DNA of 64,000 nucleotides from positions 1-64,000 of IMG/VR virus record IMGVR_UViG_3300007513_000004; one strand, given 5' to 3'. The notes beneath the pieces are model-generated. The model was given only the letters and a program-made list of their open reading frames with translations, did not search any database and had not been told where the DNA came from. How positions within the stretch are numbered: position 1 is the first letter of the stretch; every line of letters starts with the position of its first letter. The position numbers were made by a program, and so were the translations under genes. Below, piece by piece: positions 46,680-53,792 of the stretch.

Positions 46680-47129
46680 TTAGCAACCGTATCGGCGCTC
46701 CATCGCAACCTCCGCTTCGTATTCGGCCTCCCACCGTGCTCGTTCTTCCAAGTCCTGTAGAACCTTCCGATTATTATCGGAGAGCCTATCCTCGTCAACG
46801 ACTGGCGAAACTCGCTTGCCGCCACATTCGTAGCAGGTCACGTCATAGCTTCCAGAAAAATAGTCCCGCTCGAAATCCGGGTCATCATAGAAGTCATCGG
46901 AGGTCAATCCGTTGCAATCGATGGAAGGATTGACGTGGGAGCCTCGACCGGAGCAGGTGGCGCACACCTCAAACTTTACGGGCAGCAGCTCAAAGAATTC
47001 CTCGCCATCCTCATCCTCAATGGCGACTTGAACCATCATCTGGCTCTCGTCAAAGGAATTATACCAAGTGCCACGGCGGGCCGCTCGGGTGCGGGGGTCG
47101 TTGTAATAGTTGTAATCATCGATGGACAT
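46680..47129 (-). CDS. phage protein with DnaJ-like CxxCxGxG motifs
   Basis: CATCSGRG, CYECGG; promoter 47152-47180. Confidence 0.8.
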   Translation of the reverse strand: MSIDDYNYYNDPRTRAARRGTWYNSFDESQMMVQVAIEDEDGEEFFELLPVKFEVCATCSGRGSHVNPSIDCNGLTSDDFYDDPDFERDYFSGSYDVTCYECGGKRVSPVVDEDRLSDNNRKVLQDLEERARWEAEYEAEVAMERRYGC

Positions 47130-47222
47130 TAGACACTCCTCTGTGTATGGATGAGTAAACGATGGAAAAACAAAGTTGAAATAAGCATGTGCAAATCTTT
47201 TGCCCAGAGTAATATTTATCTT

Positions 47223-47363
47223 ATGAAGTGGTTAGATGACATAAAACAGAAACTATGGTGGAGAGGAATTACTGGCAAGGATCTTGCAGTACTTACGCTC
47301 ATGCCCGTATCTTTCGTAGCAATTATATTGTTTTTAATTTGGGGGCTGGCGCAAGGTATGTAA
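47223..47363 (+). CDS. small membrane protein
   Basis: TM ORF between two boxes. Confidence 0.5.
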   Translation: MKWLDDIKQKLWWRGITGKDLAVLTLMPVSFVAIILFLIWGLAQGM

Positions 47364-47378
47364 ATATTTTGCCCGGCG

Positions 47379-47582
47379 TTATAATAAATAAACAAGGCTG
47401 GCGACTAAAACAACACCAGCAGAGAATATTGCCATTGGAACATAGGCTCCAGCGGTGAACGAAAGTGTTGCGCCCGCAGCAGATATCATAAAGGCAAAGT
47501 ACATAACTATAGCTATCAACTCCCCAATATGTTCTGGAACGCCCATTGCCCAGCTTCTATATTTTGCAATTAAGTTATTCAT
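47379..47582 (-). CDS. small two-TM membrane protein
   Basis: hydrophobic ORF between boxes. Confidence 0.65.
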   Translation of the reverse strand: MNNLIAKYRSWAMGVPEHIGELIAIVMYFAFMISAAGATLSFTAGAYVPMAIFSAGVVLVASLVYLL

Positions 47583-47641
47583 TTAACGATGATACTCCGG
47601 GCAAAAAATTGACACAAAGGTTGAACCAAAAGGCTCTCAGT

Positions 47642-47857
47642 CTAAAAGTCATCCCGAGAAACCTTCTTGCGGCAAGCCTTCTTGCTCTGCTCCTTACGAG
47701 CATCACCGTGAGAGCCGGAACCGTTCCGAAGAATCAGTCCAAGCATATCAAGGTTGCGAGTCTTACGTCGCTTACCCTCTCCGCGCATGGTGGCGCGAAG
47801 TTCCCGCTCCTCACGGCGGGCATTACGCTTGCGGTTCTTTCGTGCTGTCTTGGCCAT
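47642..47857 (-). CDS. small Arg/Lys-rich protein
   Basis: GGAGG SD; promoter 47877-47905. Confidence 0.75.
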   Translation of the reverse strand: MAKTARKNRKRNARREERELRATMRGEGKRRKTRNLDMLGLILRNGSGSHGDARKEQSKKACRKKVSRDDF

Positions 47858-47933
47858 GATAGCCTCCTTCTGTCTCTATGTAACCGATGGAGAAATAGAA
47901 ATCAAAAATGTGTTGTAAAACTTTTGCCCAGGC

Positions 47934-48368
47934 TCACCGTCTAATTTTTACATTAGGTATGTCAGCAATCCGGTCAGCCAGTAAATCTCGACCATCAGGA
48001 CAAGAGCGATTCAACATAGTCAGTATAGACTGAATCTCAACCCAAAGCTGTTCTGGGAGCACAAGACAGGAGTATCCAAGATAAACCTTGACCCAATCCT
48101 CTCCCAAGCTACGAAAGGCGCAATCGGATGCAGCGTAAAGATGCTCCGGCTTTACCGAGAAGATTGCGCCCTTTACTGTAAATTCGATGGGTTCCGTATC
48201 AGTAAAGGCAAAGCCACCAGGGTCGAGGTGGGCAACATCAATAGCGGTTTTTTCCTCTGGAGTAACACTATATCGTTCAGCTATGTCATCCTCACACACG
48301 CTCGTACCAACGAGTGAAATGTGCAAACGAATTTTGGAATCTGCGGGGTAACGGATTGACTCAAGCAT
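47934..48368 (-). CDS. hypothetical protein
   Basis: GGAGG SD; promoter 48384-48412. Confidence 0.75.
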   Translation of the reverse strand: MLESIRYPADSKIRLHISLVGTSVCEDDIAERYSVTPEEKTAIDVAHLDPGGFAFTDTEPIEFTVKGAIFSVKPEHLYAASDCAFRSLGEDWVKVYLGYSCLVLPEQLWVEIQSILTMLNRSCPDGRDLLADRIADIPNVKIRR

Positions 48369-48515
48369 ACTTCCTCCTGTGTGTATGTATGTGATGATAA
48401 AATAATACTGGAAAAGTCTGGGGAAAAGATTGACATACGTGTGAATGTTTTGCCCAAATGGGAGTGGGCCCGGTGGAATTACCCCAATTCCACCGGGCGG
48501 CGTGTGCCCATCACC

Positions 48516-48986
48516 TCACACGCCCTCTCGCTCCCAAGGGGGACGCGGGTTACCATTTCTCCAATCATGCTCCCAACGCTCACGCATGTTAGAGATACCC
48601 GTAGCATCAACCCCGTGCTGATTGCGAGTTGCCAACTCCTCATCTGTGCAGCCTCCATCATAAAGAGAGACTACCGAAACCTCGTATCCATGTTCCTCTG
48701 CCATACGCAAGTACGGCTCCATTTCCCATCGCTGGGTAAAAGTATTGTGAACCACCACGGTCGCTGCCAGTCGATTCCTCATGGAATTTTCGGCCTGCTC
48801 CTGACACCAAAAGTGTGCAGCGGGCAGCTTTCGAGGGTTAAAATTGTAAATTCCATCCTCATCAAGAAAGAAATCATCAGCGGCAAAGAAGCACTTGCCA
48901 AGCGGTGCGCCTACGTTCAGTAGCATCCGACCAAGCCTTGTCTTTCCTGAACCGGAAATTCCGCGAACCAAAATAAGTCTATACAT
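48516..48986 (-). CDS. P-loop kinase/NTPase (AAA_33, N4BP2-like)
   Basis: LVRGISGSGKT, AADDFF, AHFWCQ, VVHNTFT..WE..PY. Confidence 0.88.
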   Translation of the reverse strand: MYRLILVRGISGSGKTRLGRMLLNVGAPLGKCFFAADDFFLDEDGIYNFNPRKLPAAHFWCQEQAENSMRNRLAATVVVHNTFTQRWEMEPYLRMAEEHGYEVSVVSLYDGGCTDEELATRNQHGVDATGISNMRERWEHDWRNGNPRPPWEREGV

Positions 48987-49067
48987 GCGTGTCCTCGTTG
49001 GGCAAAAAATTGTCATACTTCTCCCTTGGAGGCCCCCGGCACAATGCCGGGGAACCTCGGGAGGCGG

Positions 49068-49511
49068 CTACTTCTTGACGGCTGCTCCATCAAACTTGAC
49101 GTAGCCTTTGGTAGCAATCCGGGGAAGGTTATCGACAATCTCCGAATCAAACATATCGAGCATCGTCCGATACTTGACCTGCTCATCGGCGGTCAACGAG
49201 CTAACCCGCTTCTCCATCGCAGCTTTGGTCAGACCGGAAAGCCGATTCCAAAGTTCGATAATGTGGTCCGGCGCATACTCTCGCGTGCATCCAAGCTCTT
49301 GAAGGAGCATACAGATAGTCGGAACCGACCGTGCGCGGTTTGTGCCTGCGCGTGTACTGGATGGTCCTCGGGAGAGGACACCTTCCACCTCGGCGGTGAA
49401 CTTGACATGCACATCCGACTCGGGTACAAGCACGGATTCGTCGTTGCAGGATTGAAGGTTGATAACTTTGGCGAGGGCCAACTGTTCGATGGGCGAAAGG
49501 GTCTGGGACAT
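49068..49511 (-). CDS. hypothetical protein
   Basis: AGGAG SD; promoter 49559-49587. Confidence 0.75.
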   Translation of the reverse strand: MSQTLSPIEQLALAKVINLQSCNDESVLVPESDVHVKFTAEVEGVLSRGPSSTRAGTNRARSVPTICMLLQELGCTREYAPDHIIELWNRLSGLTKAAMEKRVSSLTADEQVKYRTMLDMFDSEIVDNLPRIATKGYVKFDGAAVKK

Positions 49512-49640
49512 TGATTGTCTCTCCTAAAGAGGGTGGGTTTGTCTCCCTCTTACATCATAATGTAGCCGATGATAAAACAGAATCGAAAAATGAAATGTTA
49601 AAGTTTTGCCCAGCGGTCTGCAATAATCATGCCAAAAAGT

Positions 49641-49674
49641 TGGCACAGTTCTTGCATTAGCAAGAAGCATGCCA
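49641..49674. promoter_or_regulatory. head-to-head pair of sigma54 consensus sites
   Basis: TGGCAC-AGTTC-TTGCA (+), TGGCAT-GCTTC-TTGCT (-). Confidence 0.7.
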
Positions 49675-49752
49675 GTTAATTAAGTTAAAGTTTTGCCCGA
49701 TTAAATAAATAATTAACTTAATCTGGGCAAAAAGTTGACATTTAAAACAAAT

Positions 49753-50021
49753 AAAAAGAAGGGGGGCAAAGGCCCCTCTGGGTAGCGCGGCTTGTGTGCA
49801 AAACAGCAGCAGGGGAGCTTGCTCTTTGAGAGGTGTGTGGTTCGCGACCCGAACAAATCTCGTGACATCCCTTGGCTTTTCAGTTTGCCTTGCCTTCCCA
49901 GAGGGGCATAGCTGCTCATTACTTTACCGGGGGTCTATCCTGTACCCCGAACAGTTACACGGTATGAGTCAACCGTGCGGTGTATAACTAGTATTCCACC
50001 GTTTCTGAATCTCTCTCCTTG
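49753..50021 (-). ncRNA. candidate 270-nt structured RNA
   Basis: promoter 50028-50056, multiple stems, terminal hairpin plus U-tract, no credible ORF. Confidence 0.55.
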
Positions 50022-50093
50022 TGTTCTAAAGTAATTGATGCAAAAATCGAAATGAAAAACATATTTGCAAAGTTTTTGCCCATACGTAAGGCT

Positions 50094-50127
50094 TGGCACA
50101 CTTTTTGCTAATGCAAGAAACATGCCA
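50094..50127. promoter_or_regulatory. head-to-head pair of sigma54 consensus sites
   Basis: TGGCAC-ACTTT-TTGCT (+), TGGCAT-GTTTC-TTGCA (-). Confidence 0.7.
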
Positions 50128-50181
50128 ACAAACATGTCAATGTTTTGCCCTTGGGCAAAAGTTTGACACAAAGCATAAAAG

Positions 50182-50205
50182 AAGGCCGGGCATATGCCCG
50201 GCCTT
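50182..50205 (-). terminator. intrinsic terminator of ardC
   Basis: AAGGCCGGGC stem followed by CTTTT on the minus strand. Confidence 0.75.
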
Positions 50206-50234
50206 GCGTATGGCCCCACTCGGGGCGTCTGGCC

Positions 50235-51176
50235 CTACTTGCGCTGGCCCTCCCCCTTGTCGATGAGGTAGCGCATGACCTTGCCCGCTTCATTCGCGGC
50301 CCGCTGAATCACGGTAGGGTCATCCTTGAGAGCCTTCCGCCAGTTGGCAAGGTAGGCCACATGGTTGTCCATCAAACCCTCTCGCTTGACTCCCAGATAG
50401 GCGCATGTGAACGCCGCGCCAATCTCGGCAACCAACTCCTCGTAAGCATACGCCTCCGAGCCGAAGCCCGTGAACTTGACGATGCCATCCCGGTTGAGTC
50501 GGTCCTTTGCACCTGACCAGTGGGCGTGCTCATGGATGGTAGTGGCCCAAAAATCAGCAACAGTGGTGAAGGCTCCGGCCTCGGGCACCATGATGTAGTC
50601 CTCGCGAGGGGAGTAGAAAGCACGCCCGCCGCCCGTGCGGAAATCCGCGTCGATACCTTTGACAAGTGCAGCCGCCGCCTCATGGCCCACCTTTGGGTCA
50701 ACCTCTGAAATCTCGGCAGACGGTAGGGGGTTCGTCGTTTGCTGGTTGTTGAAAGTGTACGAGCTTCCAAATCCGATGAACTTTGTGGACCCCTTGACCA
50801 AGAGACTCGCGCCACAGGGCTTGCACTTTTTTGCAAATCCACATGGGCGGCCACAACTGTTGCAGGCCAGCTTCGGGAAGAAAATAGGAGTCCCCTTCTC
50901 GCCTTTGCGCACGTAGTTGCCGCTCTTTTGCCACTGGCCAAACCCGGCCCAACGGTTGTCACCAAACTGAACCCCGGCCATCATCAGCATAAAGCCATTG
51001 AAGTTTCCGCCGTAGGCGCGGCCCGTCAGGATGTTGATTGGCATCCCACCAGCAAGGGACCTATCCCACGGCATAATCCAAGGGGTGCCGTCCTCGGGCG
51101 GGTTGTCGAGGGCTTCGATAATCTGCGCGGCTATACGCTCGCACGTCTCTTGAATCTTGTCGTTGGGCTTGCTCAT
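50235..51176 (-). CDS. ardC: ArdC-family antirestriction / ssDNA-binding protein with an inserted Zn-ribbon
   Basis: WIMPW, N..TGR.Y.G.N, VRKGEKG, RAFYSP..D.I, HEHAHW, YAYEELVAEIGAAF; promoter 51225-51253. Confidence 0.9.
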   Translation of the reverse strand: MSKPNDKIQETCERIAAQIIEALDNPPEDGTPWIMPWDRSLAGGMPINILTGRAYGGNFNGFMLMMAGVQFGDNRWAGFGQWQKSGNYVRKGEKGTPIFFPKLACNSCGRPCGFAKKCKPCGASLLVKGSTKFIGFGSSYTFNNQQTTNPLPSAEISEVDPKVGHEAAAALVKGIDADFRTGGGRAFYSPREDYIMVPEAGAFTTVADFWATTIHEHAHWSGAKDRLNRDGIVKFTGFGSEAYAYEELVAEIGAAFTCAYLGVKREGLMDNHVAYLANWRKALKDDPTVIQRAANEAGKVMRYLIDKGEGQRK

Positions 51177-51432
51177 GGTGGTCCTCCGGGGACTAAAGCG
51201 GGTATTGACGGGGGCTTACATACATGAGTAACCGATGCTCAAATAGAAATGAAAAAACCAATTGCCAATCTTTTGCCCAGACAGGTGTGCTTCTTTATGC
51301 AAAAACCATGCCAACCCAATTGACAAAGTTTTGCCCAGACTCAGACGCATTTCCTTGCAAGAACCATGCCAATGTGTATGAAAATGTTTTGCCCAAATGT
51401 AAAAACATATTTTACAAAACCTCGACAGAGGT

Positions 51433-51466
51433 TGGCATGGTTCTTGCTAATGCAAGAACTGTGCCA
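51433..51466. promoter_or_regulatory. head-to-head pair of sigma54 consensus sites
   Basis: TGGCAT-GGTTC-TTGCT (+), TGGCAC-AGTTC-TTGCA (-). Confidence 0.7.
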
Positions 51467-51567
51467 TATGTTATGCAAATGTTTTGCCCAATGCTTTGGG
51501 CAAAAAAATGACATGTGTACGAAAATACACACGTCTTTACATTTTCTTTACATCGGACAAAAGAAAA

Positions 51568-51595
51568 CCCCTCACCGCCTTTCGGCGGTGAGGGG
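51568..51595 (-). terminator. intrinsic terminator
   Basis: 12-bp stem CCCCTCACCGCC-GAAA-GGCGGTGAGGGG plus TTTTCTTTT. Confidence 0.88.
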
Positions 51596-51623
51596 GTAGG
51601 AGGTTAGCCCCGCCCCGGCCCTA

Positions 51624-52322
51624 CTATGCGTAGGGGATGGGGAGGGGGGAGGAGGCGTCAAACTCGACCCAATCGGCGTCCAGCCACATGTCGGCGGGGA
51701 CGTGCCGCCACTCGATGCGAACTCGGCGGTAGCGGCCAGCGTAGGCACCGGAGCCGAAGGGACGGAGCCAGCACACGGGCTTGCCTTTCGGGGTGGTCAG
51801 GTCCTGACCCTCGGCCCAGACCTTGCTGGCATCGGCGCGGCGCATCATCAGCACCCCGTCAATCTCGGTCAGGAGGCAGACGTAAACCGGGACACCAGCA
51901 TCGACGGCGGCAAGGAAGGCGGCCAGCGGGGTTCCGGCCTTGGCACAGTCGGCCTCAGCATCCCAGACGCCGCTGGTCAGGTCGCGATTCCCGTAGGGGT
52001 CGCCGGTGCTTCCCTTGAAGTTGACCGGGACCATTTCGACAATCGCCGGGTAGGGGTGGCCCGCGAGCGACGGGTGAACCACGGGCCACACGTCATCAAA
52101 GAGGCCCAGACCCCGGCCACGCTGCAAGGGGCGGCCCAATCGGTCCAGGTCGCCATTCTGCGCGACACCATCCCGGCACGGAGGGACCGCGACACCAGCC
52201 GCTTCCATCCAATATGCGACGTGCTTGTACCCGTCGCCCACTCCGGCACCCATTCCGCCCGCTTCCGCGAGGCGGCAGCCGCCCTCAATCTCAAGTCCGT
52301 TTCTGTCGTTCTTCTTAGTCAT
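51624..52322 (-). CDS. hypothetical protein, very GC-rich
   Basis: GGAGG SD; promoter 52339-52367; terminator downstream. Confidence 0.8.
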   Translation of the reverse strand: MTKKNDRNGLEIEGGCRLAEAGGMGAGVGDGYKHVAYWMEAAGVAVPPCRDGVAQNGDLDRLGRPLQRGRGLGLFDDVWPVVHPSLAGHPYPAIVEMVPVNFKGSTGDPYGNRDLTSGVWDAEADCAKAGTPLAAFLAAVDAGVPVYVCLLTEIDGVLMMRRADASKVWAEGQDLTTPKGKPVCWLRPFGSGAYAGRYRRVRIEWRHVPADMWLDADWVEFDASSPLPIPYA

Positions 52323-52395
52323 AGTGACCTCCTACACATAGGTAAGTGATGCTCAAACAGAAATGAAAAACTATTGCCCAAACAAAACGAAAGGT

Positions 52396-52430
52396 TGGCA
52401 CGCGTCTTGCTATATGCACAAAGCATGCCA
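52396..52430. promoter_or_regulatory. head-to-head pair of sigma54-like sites (one mismatch)
   Basis: TGGCAC-GCGTC-TTGCT (+), TGGCAT-GCTTT-GTGCA (-). Confidence 0.6.
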
Positions 52431-52708
52431 ACTTATATGCTTATATATTTTTGACATTTGCCAGCGCATGTTGGCACGGCGCGTGCCACCGCCTACGACG
52501 CATTTCCTGCTCAGGGTATATTTTATTTTGTTTTCTATACCCTATAAAAGAAAAAACCAGCGGTTTGCTGGTTCTTGTATAAGGACTATATAAGGTAGAT
52601 TATATAGTTTATGTTCTTAGGGGATTATTTAAATTACTTATAGGGTTATTGTTATTGGGAACTTACTGTTCTCTCATACTCTAATCAAAAACAATCCGCT
52701 TTTTATTA

Positions 52709-53189
52709 TTATATAATTTGCTTATTATAAAAGAAGTTATAACCAAAGCTTAAAGCCTCTTGTATTTCCCTGCCACCCAAAACATTAGAAATTGCATTGC
52801 CTTTTTTATCATTATATTTCCATCCAGCTTGTGATTCTCTTGTCCAATCATTAATGGCCTGCCAAACAGGCTGTACAGGACTCGCTTTAGCTGCAAGTAA
52901 AGCTTTAGCCTGCTCTTCTGAGGTTGGCTTCAAAGTTATCTTGAAAAGTCCTGGTCGAACTCTTTCCATTGTAACAGGAATATCCAGTTTTGCTCCAGCA
53001 AGAATTTCTTTAAGCTTTGCAACAACTCTGGTGGGTCCTTCGCGCTGCTCACGACGTTGCATACGCTTTTCGGCTTTTGGAGACCTGTCTCTGTTGAGCC
53101 TTCTTAACCACGGCATCCAAATAATCAGCTTCTTTGTGAAGGCCTTTCTTATCCAAATGTGTTGCTAGTTTTATTAATTCGTTAATCAT
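52709..53189 (-). pseudogene. frameshifted shared-leader gene
   Basis: leader ORF from ATG 53189 stops at TGA 53051-53049 (46 aa); body continues in the +1 frame to 52709. Confidence 0.7.
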
Positions 53190-53478
53190 CTTTCTTTTTC
53201 CTTGTCGATTTTGCTATGGCCTTATCATCGCATGGTATACAGAGGTTTCCCGTTGGCGTACTTTCGTGTTCCGTTTTGCATCCGCATGTGGGACAATCGC
53301 GATAATGATATCCTTCATCCATGCCTCCGCGATCATCGTCATACCAGGGATCTCGATATCTTCTTCCCCAGATATCTCTTGGGAGAGCTTTCTTTATAAC
53401 TGCATCAATATAATCAGCTTCTTTGTGAAAACCTTTATTATCTAAATGTGTTGCTAGCTTTATTAATTCGTTAATCAT
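53182..53478 (-). CDS. shared-leader protein with Zn-finger cargo
   Basis: MINELIKLATHLDNKGFHKEADYIDAVIKKA...CPTCG...CIPC. Confidence 0.85.
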   Translation of the reverse strand: MINELIKLATHLDNKGFHKEADYIDAVIKKALPRDIWGRRYRDPWYDDDRGGMDEGYHYRDCPTCGCKTEHESTPTGNLCIPCDDKAIAKSTRKKKDD

Positions 53479-53780
53479 TTTATAATCTCCGTGTAATCCG
53501 GTATCGTGTCTTGACCTATTAAGTTTTCCCCTCTCCAAATAATACCAAGCTCTGCCTGCTTTTCTTTAAGATTCTTTCCCGTATCATTTGGCACAAAGGC
53601 TTGCGGTGTTCGACCATATTGAAATGTTCCAACAACAACTGTATTCCATACATTTTTAATACGCACATTTTTAATGGGTGCTTCCGCATTCTTTTTAATC
53701 ACAGCATCAATATAATTAGCTTCTTTGTGAAGGCCCTTCTTATCCAAGTGTGTTGCCAGTTTTATTAATTCATTTATCAT
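53475..53780 (-). CDS. shared-leader protein
   Basis: MINELIKLATHLDKKGLHKEANYIDAVIKKNA. Confidence 0.85.
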   Translation of the reverse strand: MINELIKLATHLDKKGLHKEANYIDAVIKKNAEAPIKNVRIKNVWNTVVVGTFQYGRTPQAFVPNDTGKNLKEKQAELGIIWRGENLIGQDTIPDYTEIIK

Positions 53781-53792
53781 TATTCTCTTCCC

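Larger units (their letters stand above)
25853..52380 (+). repeat. dispersed polar box TGTnAAAnTTTTGCCC (about 34 copies on +, 6 on -)
   Basis: e.g. TTTTGCCC core at 25862, 27794, 34396, 35050, 38500, 41770, 44541, 45037, 47922, 49604, 50143, 51271, 51482; reversed at 46617, 47599, 49000, 49725, 50153, 51498. Confidence 0.9.

Noticed and set aside
49565-49575. GCCGAT in promoter spacers as a sigma28 -10 element
   Set aside because: It is the reverse complement of the CATC spacer, faces away from the genes, is present in few copies and lacks an upstream TAAA
50372-52349. Long alternative-frame and antisense ORFs (50372-50965, 50739-51227, 51626-52018, 51702-52349)
   Set aside because: Shadow ORFs expected in GC-rich coding DNA; no SD or promoter, and the minus-strand genes have promoter, SD and terminator
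25853-52380. Boxes or promoters as a CRISPR array
   Set aside because: Repeats are degenerate, irregularly spaced and separated by whole genes; no cas genes in the window
25853-52380. Boxes as integron attC sites
   Set aside because: No RYYYAAC...GTTRRRY core pair or long imperfect hairpin, and no integron integrase in the window
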